Shown: positions 41,941 through 56,453 of the stretch, piece by piece
How the letters are laid out: each line of letters begins with the position of its first letter
How positions within the stretch are numbered: the first letter of the stretch is position 1
Assembly (NCBI RefSeq): GCF_053078305.1
Contig: NZ_CP166879.1
Length of the DNA stretch: 64,000 bases
Reading direction: 5' to 3' (one strand)
Made by a program: the position numbers and the translations under genes
The notes under the pieces: generated by a model
What the model saw: the letters and a program-made list of their open reading frames with translations, nothing else
Database searches by the model: none
Told to the model about the DNA's origin: nothing

Positions 41941-43142
41941 TGAATCTTTCAGCCAATGCACAAGCAACTCTCCTGCTAACCAGCGATTTTTCTCGCGCGG
42001 CGGCGAGTGAGTATAAACCTCTTAGTAATAGTGAATGGGGGAAGTTTGCATTATGGCTGAAGCACCAACGTATCAGTCCCGCCGAGCTTCTGGTGCCGCA
42101 ACCGCAAGAGAAACTTACAGGCTGGAGCGATCCGCGTATTTCTCAGGAGCGTATTCTTGGCTTGCTGGCGCGTGGTCATAGTCTGGCGTTGGCGGTAGAT
42201 AAGTGGCAACGCGCCGGTTTATGGATCTTAACCCGCGGAGATGCTGATTATCCCGTTCGCTTGAAAAACCGATTGCGAACGGATGCACCTCCCGTTTTAT
42301 TTGGCTGCGGGAATAAAGCATTACTGCAAGCGGAAGGTATGGCGATTGTTGGCTCGCGAGATGCTCCGACTGACGATTTGCGCTATACCCAACAACTGGC
42401 CGCGAAACTGGCCCAACAGGGGATTTGCGTTATCTCTGGTGGTGCGCGAGGTATTGATGAATGTGCAATGGCGTCGGTACTGGAGGCCGGGGGAACTGCC
42501 GTTGGCGTATTAGCTGATAGCTTGTTAAAAACGAGTACGTTAGTGAAATGGCGTGAAGGGCTTATAGCAGGCAACCTGGTGTTGATTTCGCCGTTTTACC
42601 CAGAGGTACGTTTCACCGTCGGCAATGCGATGGCGCGAAATAAATATATTTATTGCCTTGCTGAAAGCGCAATGGTTGTACGTGCGGGAATGACCGGTGG
42701 AACGATAACCGGGGCGATGGAGGCATTAAAACATCAGTGGCTGCCTGTGCAGGTTAAACCAAATCAGGATATGCAATCAGCCAATTCACGATTAGTAGAA
42801 AATGGGGCGTCATGGAGTGCTGAACAGGCTGAGAATGTGACGATCAGACTGCCAGACGTTCCTGGGCTGATGTATGACAGAGCACTCCGTAACGCTCAAC
42901 CAGAACTGTTTTCGCTGCATGAAGATGACGCAAATTACGCAGTAATGCCCGCGTATACGCCTGTCGATTTTTATCAACTCTTTGTGGCGGAACTGGCGAT
43001 CCTTGCAAAGGAATCGATAAGTATTGAAAGGCTGGCGTCTTGTACTGGTTTAACCATCGAACAAATTAGTGTGTGGCTGAACCGCGCAGAAGAAGAGGGA
43101 AGGGTTATCCGATTGGGCGAAGGTCATTATCAGTTCAGGTAA
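41940..43142 (+). CDS. DprA/Smf-like (SLOG-type Rossmann) protein, coupled to the upstream helicase; accessory relative to K-12
   Basis: Start ATG overlaps the helicase stop (TGATG). About 400 aa with a DprA-like Rossmann core (GSRDAPTDDLRYTQQLAAKLAQQGICVISGGARGIDECAMASVLEAGGTAVGVLADSL ... FTVGNAMARNKYIYCLAESAMVV) and a C-terminal helical region. The track's upstream extension (41847) lies inside the helicase and is rejected. Confidence 0.75.
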   Translation: MNLSANAQATLLLTSDFSRAAASEYKPLSNSEWGKFALWLKHQRISPAELLVPQPQEKLTGWSDPRISQERILGLLARGHSLALAVDKWQRAGLWILTRGDADYPVRLKNRLRTDAPPVLFGCGNKALLQAEGMAIVGSRDAPTDDLRYTQQLAAKLAQQGICVISGGARGIDECAMASVLEAGGTAVGVLADSLLKTSTLVKWREGLIAGNLVLISPFYPEVRFTVGNAMARNKYIYCLAESAMVVRAGMTGGTITGAMEALKHQWLPVQVKPNQDMQSANSRLVENGASWSAEQAENVTIRLPDVPGLMYDRALRNAQPELFSLHEDDANYAVMPAYTPVDFYQLFVAELAILAKESISIERLASCTGLTIEQISVWLNRAEEEGRVIRLGEGHYQFR

Positions 43143-43187
43143 TAAAACAGGTGCCGCGTCTGGTTGTGTGCAGCACCTGTTTGAACC

Positions 43188-43781
43188 TTACCCCTTCATC
43201 CACATTCGAATGCCGTCGAGGAACATCTGGGTTGCCATCATCACCAGAATCAATCCCATCAGGCGTTCAAGTGCGTTCACCCCTTTCTCGCCCAGCAGAC
43301 GTAAAAATAGCGAAGACTGTAGCAGGATGACAAAGGTGCCGCCCCAGGCCAGCAGCAGAGCAATCACCAGATGTCCCATCTGATTCGGGTACTGATGAGA
43401 CAACAACATCAGCGTGGCGAGAATAGTTGGCCCGGCGACCAGCGGAATTGCCAGCGGCACGATAAATGGCTCTTCACCTGCCGGAAGCCCGCTGCTATTT
43501 CCTGAAGCGCTGGGGAAAATCATCTTAATGGCAATTAGAAACAGAATGATGCCGCCAGAAATGGAGACGGTTTCTGCTCGTAGGCTGAGAAATGCCAGAA
43601 TTTTCTCACCCGCAAACAGGAACACCAGCATCACCAGGAGAGCAATAAGCAACTCTCGCACCATGATTGCCCGCCGTCTTTTCGGTTCAGTATGTTTCAG
43701 TACGGACATGAAAATAGGTAGGTTTCCGAGCGGATCCATAATCAGGATCAATAAAACTGCTGCAGAAATGATTTCATTCAT
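43188..43781 (-). CDS. yhgN: MarC-family inner membrane protein
   Basis: 197-aa polytopic membrane protein; conserved neighbour of asd. Confidence 0.9.
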   Translation of the reverse strand: MNEIISAAVLLILIMDPLGNLPIFMSVLKHTEPKRRRAIMVRELLIALLVMLVFLFAGEKILAFLSLRAETVSISGGIILFLIAIKMIFPSASGNSSGLPAGEEPFIVPLAIPLVAGPTILATLMLLSHQYPNQMGHLVIALLLAWGGTFVILLQSSLFLRLLGEKGVNALERLMGLILVMMATQMFLDGIRMWMKG

Positions 43782-43972
43782 AACTCAAATTCCCTGATAA
43801 TTGCCGCGGACTTTCTGCGTGCTAACAAAGCAGGATAAGTCGCATTACTGATGGCTTCGCTATCATTGATTAATTTCACTTGCGACTTTGGCTGCTTTTT
43901 GTATGGTGAAAGATGTGCCAAGAGGAGACCGGCACATTTATACAGCACACATCTTTGCAGGAAAAAACGCTT

Positions 43973-45076
43973 ATGAAAAATGTTGGTTTTATCGGCTGGC
44001 GCGGTATGGTCGGCTCCGTTCTCATGCAACGCATGGTTGAAGAGCGCGACTTCGACGCCATTCGCCCTGTCTTTTTTTCTACTTCTCAGCTTGGTCAGGC
44101 TGCGCCGTCTTTTGGCGGAACCACTGGCACACTTCAGGATGCCTTTGATCTGGAGGCGCTAAAGGCCCTCGATATCATTGTGACCTGTCAGGGCGGCGAT
44201 TATACCAACGAAATCTATCCAAAGCTTCGTGAAAGCGGATGGCAGGGTTACTGGATTGACGCAGCATCGTCTCTGCGCATGAAAGATGACGCCATCATCA
44301 TTCTTGACCCCGTCAATCAGGACGTCATTACCGACGGATTAAATAATGGCATCAGGACTTTTGTTGGCGGTAACTGTACCGTAAGCCTGATGTTGATGTC
44401 GTTGGGTGGTTTATTCGCCAATGATCTTGTTGATTGGGTGTCCGTTGCAACCTACCAGGCCGCTTCCGGCGGTGGTGCGCGACATATGCGTGAGTTATTA
44501 ACCCAGATGGGCCATCTGTATGGCCATGTAGCAGATGAACTCGCGACCCCGTCCTCTGCTATTCTCGATATCGAACGCAAAGTCACAACCTTAACCCGTA
44601 GCGGTGAGCTGCCGGTGGATAACTTTGGCGTGCCGCTGGCGGGTAGCCTGATTCCGTGGATCGACAAACAGCTCGATAACGGTCAGAGCCGCGAAGAGTG
44701 GAAAGGGCAGGCGGAAACCAACAAGATCCTCAACACATCTTCCGTAATTCCGGTAGATGGTTTATGTGTGCGTGTCGGGGCATTGCGCTGCCACAGCCAG
44801 GCATTCACTATTAAATTGAAAAAAGATGTGTCTATTCCGACCGTGGAAGAACTGCTGGCTGCACACAATCCGTGGGCGAAAGTCGTTCCGAACGATCGGG
44901 AAATCACTATGCGTGAGCTAACCCCAGCTGCCGTTACCGGCACGCTGACCACGCCGGTAGGCCGCCTGCGTAAGCTGAATATGGGACCAGAGTTCCTGTC
45001 AGCCTTTACCGTGGGCGACCAGCTGCTGTGGGGGGCCGCGGAGCCGCTGCGTCGGATGCTTCGTCAACTGGCGTAA
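43973..45076 (+). CDS. asd: Aspartate-semialdehyde dehydrogenase
   Basis: Trimmed to [21 protein letters not shown] giving 367 aa. Active-site Cys in GGNCTVSLM. Confidence 0.96.
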
Positions 45077-45348
45077 TCTTTATTCATTAAATCTGGGGCG
45101 CGATGCCGCCCCTGTTAGTGCGTAATACAGGAGTAAGCGCAGATGTTTCATGATTTACCGGGAGTTAAATAGAGCATTGGCTATTCTTTAAGGGTGGCTG
45201 AATACATGAGTATTCACAGCCTTACCTGAAGTGAGGACGACGCAGAGAGGATGCACAGAGTGCTGCGCCGTTCAGGTCAAAAAAATGTCACAACCAGAAG
45301 TCAAAAATCCAATTGGATGGGGTGACACAATAAAACAGGAAGACAAGC

Positions 45349-47535
45349 ATGTCCGATCGTATCGATAGAGACGTGATTAACGCGCTAATTGCAGGCCATT
45401 TTGCGGATCCTTTTTCCGTACTGGGAATGCATAAAACCACCGCGGGACTGGAAGTCCGTGCCCTTTTACCCGACGCTACCGATGTCTGGGTGATTGAACC
45501 GAAAACCGGGCGCAAACTCGCAAAACTGGAGTGTCTCGACTCACGGGGATTCTTTAGCGGCATCATTCCGCGACGTAAGAATTTTTTCCGCTATCAGTTG
45601 GCTGTTGTCTGGCATGGTCAGCAAAACCTGATTGATGATCCTTACCGTTTTGGTCCGCTAATCCAGGAAATGGATGCCTGGCTATTATCTGAAGGTACTC
45701 ACCTGCGTCCGTATGAAACCTTAGGCGCGCATGCAGATACTATGGATGGCGTCACAGGTACGCGTTTTTCTGTCTGGGCTCCAAACGCCCGTCGGGTCTC
45801 GGTGGTTGGGCAATTCAACTACTGGGACGGTCGCCGTCACCCGATGCGCCTGCGTAAAGAGAGCGGCATCTGGGAACTGTTTATCCCTGGGGCGCATAAC
45901 GGTCAGCTCTATAAATACGAGATGATTGATGCCAATGGCAACTTGCGTCTGAAGTCCGACCCTTATGCCTTCGAAGCGCAAATGCGCCCGGAAACCGCGT
46001 CTCTTATTTGCGGGCTGCCGGAAAAGGTTGTACAGACTGAAGAGCGCAAAAAAGCGAATCAGTTTGATGCGCCAATCTCTATTTATGAAGTTCACCTGGG
46101 CTCCTGGCGTCGCCACACCGACAACAATTTCTGGTTGAGCTACCGCGAGCTGGCCGATCAACTGGTGCCTTATGCTAAATGGATGGGCTTTACCCACCTC
46201 GAACTACTGCCCATTAACGAGCATCCCTTCGATGGCAGTTGGGGTTATCAGCCAACCGGCCTGTATGCACCAACCCGCCGTTTTGGTACTCGCGACGACT
46301 TCCGTTATTTCATTGATGCTGCACACGCAGCTGGTCTGAACGTGATTCTCGACTGGGTGCCAGGCCACTTCCCGACTGATGACTTTGCGCTTGCCGAATT
46401 TGATGGTACGAACTTGTATGAACACAGCGATCCGCGCGAAGGCTATCATCAGGACTGGAACACGCTGATTTACAACTATGGTCGCCGTGAAGTCAGTAAC
46501 TTCCTCGTCGGTAACGCGCTTTACTGGATTGAACGTTTTGGTATTGATGCGCTGCGCGTCGATGCGGTGGCGTCGATGATTTATCGTGACTACAGCCGTA
46601 AAGAGGGGGAGTGGATCCCGAACGAATTTGGCGGGCGCGAGAATCTTGAAGCGATTGAATTCTTGCGTAATACCAACCGTATTCTTGGTGAGCAGGTTTC
46701 CGGTGCGGTGACAATGGCTGAGGAGTCTACCGATTTCCCTGGCGTTTCTCGTCCGCAGGATATGGGCGGTCTGGGCTTCTGGTACAAGTGGAACCTCGGC
46801 TGGATGCATGACACCCTGGACTACATGAAGCTCGACCCGATTTATCGTCAGTATCATCACGATAAACTGACCTTCGGGATGCTCTACAACTACACTGAAA
46901 ACTTCGTCCTGCCGTTGTCGCATGATGAAGTGGTCCACGGTAAAAAATCGATTCTCGACCGCATGCCGGGCGACGCATGGCAGAAATTCGCTAACCTGCG
47001 CGCTTACTATGGCTGGATGTGGGCATTTCCGGGCAAGAAACTGCTGTTCATGGGGAACGAATTTGCCCAGGGCCGCGAGTGGAACCATGACGCCAGCCTC
47101 GACTGGCATCTGTTGGAAGGCGGCGATAACTGGCACCACGGTGTCCAGCGTCTGGTGCGCGATCTGAACCTCACCTACCGCCACCATAAAGCGATGCATG
47201 AACTGGATTTTGACCCGTACGGCTTTGAATGGCTGGTGGTGGATGACAAAGAACGCTCGGTGCTGATCTTTGTGCGTCGCGATAAAGAGGGTAACGAAAT
47301 CATCGTTGCCAGTAACTTTACGCCGGTGCCGCGTCATGATTATCGCTTCGGCATTAATCAGCCAGGCAAATGGCGTGAGATCCTCAATACCGATTCCATG
47401 CACTATCACGGCAGTAATGCAGGCAATGGCGGCACGGTACACAGCGATGAGATTGCCAGCCATGGTCGTCAGCATTCACTAAGCCTGACGCTACCACCGC
47501 TGGCCACTATCTGGCTGGTTCGGGAGGCAGAATGA
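45349..47535 (+). CDS. glgB: 1,4-alpha-glucan branching enzyme
   Basis: 728 aa, GH13 family; first gene of the glg cluster. Confidence 0.97.
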   Translation: MSDRIDRDVINALIAGHFADPFSVLGMHKTTAGLEVRALLPDATDVWVIEPKTGRKLAKLECLDSRGFFSGIIPRRKNFFRYQLAVVWHGQQNLIDDPYRFGPLIQEMDAWLLSEGTHLRPYETLGAHADTMDGVTGTRFSVWAPNARRVSVVGQFNYWDGRRHPMRLRKESGIWELFIPGAHNGQLYKYEMIDANGNLRLKSDPYAFEAQMRPETASLICGLPEKVVQTEERKKANQFDAPISIYEVHLGSWRRHTDNNFWLSYRELADQLVPYAKWMGFTHLELLPINEHPFDGSWGYQPTGLYAPTRRFGTRDDFRYFIDAAHAAGLNVILDWVPGHFPTDDFALAEFDGTNLYEHSDPREGYHQDWNTLIYNYGRREVSNFLVGNALYWIERFGIDALRVDAVASMIYRDYSRKEGEWIPNEFGGRENLEAIEFLRNTNRILGEQVSGAVTMAEESTDFPGVSRPQDMGGLGFWYKWNLGWMHDTLDYMKLDPIYRQYHHDKLTFGMLYNYTENFVLPLSHDEVVHGKKSILDRMPGDAWQKFANLRAYYGWMWAFPGKKLLFMGNEFAQGREWNHDASLDWHLLEGGDNWHHGVQRLVRDLNLTYRHHKAMHELDFDPYGFEWLVVDDKERSVLIFVRRDKEGNEIIVASNFTPVPRHDYRFGINQPGKWREILNTDSMHYHGSNAGNGGTVHSDEIASHGRQHSLSLTLPPLATIWLVREAE

Positions 47536-49505
47536 CACAACTCGCCATTGGCAAACCCGCTCCCCTCGGCGCGCATTACGACGGTCAGGGCGTCAACTTC
47601 ACACTTTTCTCCGCTCATGCCGAGCGGGTAGAGCTGTGTGTCTTTGACGCCAATGGCCAGGAACATCGCTATGACTTGCCAGGGCACAGTGGCGACATTT
47701 GGCACGGTTATCTGCCGGATGCGCGCCCGGGTTTGCGTTATGGTTATCGCGTTCATGGCCCCTGGCAACCCGCCGAGGGGCATCGCTTTAACCCGGCGAA
47801 GTTGTTGATTGATCCTTGCGCGCGGCAAATTGACGGGGAGTTTAAAGATAACCCGCTGCTGCACGCCGGTCATAATGAACCTGACTATCGCGACAACGCC
47901 GCCATTGCGCCGAAATGCGTAGTGGTGGTTGATCACTATGACTGGGAAGATGATGCCCCGCCGTGCACGCCGTGGGGCAGCACCATCATTTATGAAGCCC
48001 ATGTCAAAGGATTAACATACCTGCACCCGGAGATCCCGGTCGAGATCCGTGGCACTTATAAAGCCCTCGGGCATCCGGTGATGATCAACTATTTGAAACA
48101 GTTGGGCATTACCGCGCTGGAACTGCTGCCGGTGGCGCAGTTTGCCAGTGAACCACGTCTGCAACGCATGGGGCTAAGTAACTACTGGGGGTACAACCCG
48201 GTGGCGATGTTTGCGCTGCATCCGGCGTATGCCTGCTCGCCAGAAACGGCGCTGCATGAGTTTCGCGATGCAATCAAAGCACTGCATAAAGCGGGTATCG
48301 AAGTCATTCTTGATATCGTGCTCAACCATAGTGCGGAACTGGACCTCGACGGCCCGTTATTCTCGCTGCGTGGGATCGACAACCGTAGCTATTATTGGAT
48401 AAGAGAAGACGGCGATTATCACAACTGGACCGGTTGTGGCAACACGCTCAATTTGAGTCACCCGGCGGTGGTGGATTATGCCAGCGCCTGCCTGCGTTAT
48501 TGGGTAGAAACCTGCCACGTCGATGGTTTCCGCTTTGATCTGGCGGCAGTCATGGGTCGTACGCCAGAGTTCCGTCAGGATGCGCCGTTGTTTACCGCTA
48601 TCCAGAACTGCCCGGTGCTCTCGCAGGTGAAGTTAATTGCTGAACCGTGGGATATCGCTCCTGGTGGTTATCAGGTGGGAAATTTCCCGCCGCTGTTTGC
48701 CGAGTGGAACGATCATTTCCGCGATGCTGCCCGTCGTTTCTGGCTACATTATGATTTGCCTCTGGGGGCGTTTGCCGGGCGTTTTGCTGCCTCCAGCGAT
48801 GTTTTTAAACGTAATGGTCGTCTGCCGAGTGCCGCGATTAATCTCGTCACCGCACATGACGGTTTTACGCTTCGCGACTGCGTTTGCTTCAACCATAAAC
48901 ACAATGAAGCAAACGGAGAAGAAAATCGCGACGGGACCAACAACAATTACAGTAACAATCATGGTAAAGAAGGGTTAGGCGGTACTCTTGATCTGGTTGA
49001 ACGGCGGCGCGACAGCATTCATGCCCTGTTAACAACGTTGTTGCTCTCCCAGGGCACGCCGATGTTACTGGCCGGTGACGAACATGGTCACAGCCAGCAT
49101 GGCAATAACAATGCCTACTGTCAGGATAACCAATTAACCTGGTTGGACTGGTCGCAGGCAAGCAGTGGTTTAACCGCATTTACCGCCGCGTTAATCCATC
49201 TGCGCAAGCGTATTCCCGCTTTGGTGGAGAATCGCTGGTGGGAAGAAGGCGACGGCAATGTCCGTTGGCTAAATCGATATGCTCAACCTTTAAGCACGGA
49301 TGAGTGGCAAAACGGGCCGAAACAGCTGCAAATTCTGCTCTCGGATCGCTTTTTGATCGCAATTAACGCCACGCTTGAGGTAACAGAGATTGTTTTACCT
49401 GCAGGGGAGTGGCACGCCATTCCCCCATTCGCTGGAGAGGATAACCCAGTGATTACGGCTGTCTGGCAGGGACCTGCACACGGATTGTGTGTGTTCCAGA
49501 GATGA
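47532..49505 (+). CDS. glgX: Glycogen debranching enzyme
   Basis: 657 aa, GH13; 4-bp overlap with glgB. Confidence 0.97.
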
Positions 49506-49522
49506 TAAAAAAGGAGTTAGTC

Positions 49523-50818
49523 ATGGTTAGTTTAGAGAAGAACGATCACTTAATGTTGGCGCGCCAGCTGCCATTGAAATCTGTTGCCCTGATACTGGCG
49601 GGAGGACGTGGTACCCGCCTGAAGGATTTAACCAATAAGCGAGCAAAACCGGCCGTACACTTCGGCGGTAAGTTCCGCATTATCGACTTTGCGCTGTCTA
49701 ACTGCATCAACTCCGGGATCCGTCGTATGGGCGTGATCACCCAGTACCAGTCCCACACTCTGGTGCAGCACATTCAGCGCGGCTGGTCATTCTTCAATGA
49801 AGAAATGAACGAGTTTGTCGATCTGCTGCCAGCACAGCAGAGAATGAAAGGGGAAAACTGGTATCGCGGCACCGCAGATGCGGTCACCCAAAACCTCGAC
49901 ATTATCCGCCGTTATAAAGCGGAATACGTGGTGATCCTGGCGGGCGACCATATCTACAAGCAAGACTACTCGCGTATGCTTATCGACCACGTCGAAAAAG
50001 GCGCACGTTGCACCGTTGCTTGTATGCCAGTACCGATTGAAGAAGCCTCCGCATTTGGCGTTATGGCGGTTGATGAGAACGATAAAATTATCGAATTCGT
50101 TGAAAAACCTGCTAACCCGCCGTCAATGCCGAACGATCCGAGCAAATCTCTGGCGAGTATGGGTATCTACGTCTTTGACGCCGACTATCTGTATGAACTG
50201 CTGGAAGAAGACGATCGCGATGAGAACTCCAGCCACGACTTTGGCAAAGATTTGATTCCCAAGATCACCGAAGCCGGTCTGGCCTATGCGCACCCGTTCC
50301 CGCTCTCTTGCGTACAATCCGACCCGGATGCCGAGCCGTACTGGCGCGATGTGGGTACGCTGGAAGCTTACTGGAAAGCGAACCTCGATCTGGCCTCTGT
50401 GGTGCCGGAGCTGGATATGTACGATCGCAATTGGCCAATTCGCACCTACAATGAATCATTACCGCCAGCGAAATTCGTGCAGGATCGCTCCGGTAGCCAC
50501 GGGATGACCCTTAACTCACTGGTTTCCGGCGGTTGTGTGATCTCCGGTTCGGTGGTGGTGCAGTCCGTTCTGTTCTCGCGCGTTCGCGTGAATTCATTCT
50601 GCAACATTGATTCCGCCGTATTGTTACCGGAAGTATGGGTAGGTCGCTCGTGCCGTCTGCGCCGCTGCGTCATCGATCGTGCTTGTGTTATTCCGGAAGG
50701 CATGGTGATTGGTGAAAACGCAGAGGAAGATGCACGTCGTTTCTATCGTTCAGAAGAAGGCATCGTGCTGGTAACGCGCGAAATGCTACGGAAGTTAGGG
50801 CATAAACAGGAGCGATAA
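49523..50818 (+). CDS. glgC: Glucose-1-phosphate adenylyltransferase
   Basis: Trimmed to [17 protein letters not shown] giving 431 aa, with the GGRGTRL motif. SD AAGGAG lies in the leader. Confidence 0.96.
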
Positions 50819-52251
50819 TGCAGGTTTTACATGTATGTTCAGAGATGTTCCCGCTGCTTAAAACCGGCGGTCTGGCTGATGTTATTGGGGCATTACCCGC
50901 AGCACAAATCGCAGACGGCGTTGACGCTCGCGTACTGTTGCCTGCATTTCCCGATATTCGCCGTGGCGTGACCGATGCGCAGGTAGTATCCCGTCGTGAT
51001 ACCTTCGCCGGGCATATCACGCTGTTGTTCGGTCATTACAACGGGGTTGGCATATACCTGATTGACGCGCCGCATCTCTATGATCGTCCGGGAAGCCCGT
51101 ATCACGATACCAACTTATTTGCCTATACCGACAACGTATTGCGTTTTGCGCTACTGGGGTGGGTTGGGGCAGAAATGGCCAGCGGGCTTGACCCATTCTG
51201 GCGTCCTGATGTGGTGCATGCGCACGACTGGCATGCAGGCCTTGCGCCTGCGTATCTGGCGGCGCGCGGGCGTCCGGCGAAGTCGGTGTTTACTGTGCAC
51301 AACCTGGCCTATCAAGGCATGTTTTATGCACATCACATGAATGACATCCAATTGCCATGGTCATTCTTTAATATTCATGGGCTGGAATTCAACGGACAAA
51401 TCTCTTTCCTGAAGGCCGGTCTGTACTATGCCGATCACATTACGGCGGTCAGTCCAACCTACGCTCGCGAGATCACCGAACCGCAGTTTGCCTACGGTAT
51501 GGAAGGTCTGTTGCAACAGCGTCACCGTGAAGGGCGTCTTTCCGGCGTACTGAACGGCGTGGACGAGAAAATCTGGAGTCCAGAGACGGACTTACTGTTG
51601 GCCTCGCGTTACACCCGCGATACGTTGGAAGATAAAGCGGAAAATAAGCGCCAGTTACAAATCGCAATGGGGCTTAAGGTTGACGATAAAGTGCCGCTTT
51701 TTGCAGTGGTGAGCCGTCTGACCAGCCAGAAAGGTCTCGACCTGGTGCTGGAAGCCTTACCGGGCCTTCTGGAGCAGGGCGGGCAGCTGGCGCTACTCGG
51801 CGCGGGCGATCCGGTGCTGCAGGAAGGTTTCCTTGCGGCGGCAGCGGAATACCCCGGCCAGGTGGGCGTTCAGATTGGCTATCACGAAGCATTTTCGCAT
51901 CGCATTATGGGCGGCGCGGACGTCATTCTGGTGCCCAGCCGTTTTGAACCGTGCGGCTTAACGCAACTTTATGGATTGAAGTACGGTACGCTGCCGTTAG
52001 TGCGGCGCACCGGTGGGCTTGCTGATACGGTTTCTGACTGTTCTCTTGAGAACCTTGCAGATGGCGTCGCCAGTGGGTTTGTCTTTGAAGATAGTAATGC
52101 CTGGTCGCTATTACGGGCTATTCGACGTGCTTTTGTACTGTGGTCCCGTCCTTCACTGTGGCGGTTTGTGCAACGTCAGGCTATGGCAATGGATTTTAGC
52201 TGGCAGGTCGCGGCGAAGTCGTACCGTGAGCTTTACTATCGCTTGAAATAG
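50818..52251 (+). CDS. glgA: Glycogen synthase
   Basis: 477 aa with the KTGGL motif ([11 protein letters not shown]); start overlaps the glgC stop. Confidence 0.97.
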
Positions 52252-54717
<2,466 letters not shown>

Positions 54718-54732
54718 GTTCGCTAAAAAACA

Positions 54733-54762
54733 GAACGGGGCCACAAGGTCCCGTTTTTTTTC
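54733..54762 (+). terminator. Rho-independent terminator after glgP
   Basis: GAACGGGGCCACAAGGTCCCGTT hairpin followed by TTTTTTTT. Confidence 0.85.
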
Positions 54763-54833
54763 GCCTTTATTTCGGAAAAGTGTCCAGAGGGGGCGAGGGT
54801 TCTCGGGGAGTATAATTCCGTCATTCAGGAAGA

Positions 54834-56351
54834 ATGGACAGAATGATGCCAAATAGAAAATGGATTTTGACCTCGCTGATAATGACTTTTTTCGGCATCC
54901 CCATACTGGCGCAATTTTTGGCAGCGGTTGTTGCCATGCTGGGTGTCGGGCTTACCGGTATTATTGAAGTTTGTAATATCCTTATCACGCCAACAATTTA
55001 TCTTCTACTCAACGTCTTTATGCTGACGCTGGGGGCGATAATAATATTTTTCTCTGGTCGCGTGTGGGCCGGTGATAGCGCGCCAGAAAACAGAGAAATA
55101 GCCGTCTGGCGGCAATGCTTTTTTCTCTTACCCGCGCTATTAACCCTGGTTGGCTGGATAATCACGCTACATCTGGCAGATTATCAATTTCGCCAGATGG
55201 GAGCTGGTTGGTTGGCAAACCTTATGCTTCCCTGGTTGGGCGTTTTTTTAGTCTCATTAGTGGGTGGTGAGTACTGGTGGATGGTCATTATTCCCGTTGG
55301 GGTGCATATCAGTTTTTCGCTGGGATACGCCTGGCCGACCAGATATCCTTTATCCGGCACGTCCGGACTACGTTGCCGTAACTTACTCCTGTTTCTACTT
55401 CTCTTACTTGGTATTGTCGCCGGGTATCAGGCCCATTTATATAAGCAGCAAAATCCTGGTGTCGGTGTACGCGAAAATATTGATATCTGGGCCTGGCGAC
55501 CCGATAAACTCAATAATCGACTGACGCCGCTGCGTGGCAAACCGCAAATTCAGTTTAGGCAAAACTGGCCGCGAATCGATGGCGCCACGGCTGCGTACCC
55601 AATTTATGCTTCTGCATTTTATGCATTAAGTGTAATACCAGAGGATTTTCACGTTTGGGATTATCTGGAAAACTCTCGTACGCCAGAAGCATATAACAAA
55701 ATCGTTAAGGGCGATGCTGATATTATTTTCGTGGCGCAACCTTCCGGTGGGCAAAAAAAACGTGCAAAGGAATCTGGTGTCACTTTGCTGTACACCCCCT
55801 TTGCCCGTGAAGCATTCGTTTTCATCGTCAATGCGGATAATCCGGTTAATTCCCTGACTGAACAACAGGTGCGTGACATTTTCAGTGGTGCAATTACCAA
55901 CTGGCGTACTTTTGGCGGTAACGATCAGGAGATCCAGACCTGGCAGCGCCCGGAAGACTCTGGCAGCCAGACAGTGATGCAATCACAGGTCATGAAAAAT
56001 GTCCGCATGATCTCGCCGCAGGAAACGGAAGTGGCAAGCGTGATGGAGGGAATGATTAAAGTCGTTGCCGAATACCGTAATACAAACAACGCAATAGGCT
56101 ATACCTTCCGCTATTACGCGACGCAAATGAATGCTGATAAAAATATAAAATTGCTAGCGATTAACGGTATTACACCGACGGCGGAAAACATTCGCAACGG
56201 CAAATATGCGTACATCGTCGATGCATTTATGGTGACGAGAGAAAATAAAACGTCAGAAACACAAAAACTGGTCGAATGGTTTTTAACGCCGCAGGGGCAG
56301 AGTCTGGTAGAAGATGTGGGATATGTGCCGCTGTATAAAATCTTACCTTAA
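54834..56351 (+). CDS. Membrane-anchored PstS-like (phosphate-binding-type) periplasmic binding domain protein; accessory relative to K-12
   Basis: 505 aa. The N-terminal roughly 200 aa hold multiple hydrophobic helices; the C-terminal roughly 280 aa resemble PstS-like binding proteins (IDGATAAYPIYASAF, LTEQQVRDIFSGAITNWRTFGG). Start may be ATG 54843, which has better SD spacing. Confidence 0.65.
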   Translation: MDRMMPNRKWILTSLIMTFFGIPILAQFLAAVVAMLGVGLTGIIEVCNILITPTIYLLLNVFMLTLGAIIIFFSGRVWAGDSAPENREIAVWRQCFFLLPALLTLVGWIITLHLADYQFRQMGAGWLANLMLPWLGVFLVSLVGGEYWWMVIIPVGVHISFSLGYAWPTRYPLSGTSGLRCRNLLLFLLLLLGIVAGYQAHLYKQQNPGVGVRENIDIWAWRPDKLNNRLTPLRGKPQIQFRQNWPRIDGATAAYPIYASAFYALSVIPEDFHVWDYLENSRTPEAYNKIVKGDADIIFVAQPSGGQKKRAKESGVTLLYTPFAREAFVFIVNADNPVNSLTEQQVRDIFSGAITNWRTFGGNDQEIQTWQRPEDSGSQTVMQSQVMKNVRMISPQETEVASVMEGMIKVVAEYRNTNNAIGYTFRYYATQMNADKNIKLLAINGITPTAENIRNGKYAYIVDAFMVTRENKTSETQKLVEWFLTPQGQSLVEDVGYVPLYKILP

Positions 56352-56453
56352 GCAGGATAATCATATGGATACCGGTATTATTCGCCTGAACGCGGCCAAT
56401 GCTCGTTTTGTTTATCAACCGTTTACACGCAATCAGCGGAAGAGGGAGTAATT

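Noticed and set aside
46204-47475. 423-aa reverse-strand ORF
   Set aside because: Lies entirely antisense within glgB, which has unambiguous GH13 branching-enzyme sequence. It has no start context or recognisable motifs, and long antisense ORFs are common in GC-biased genes.
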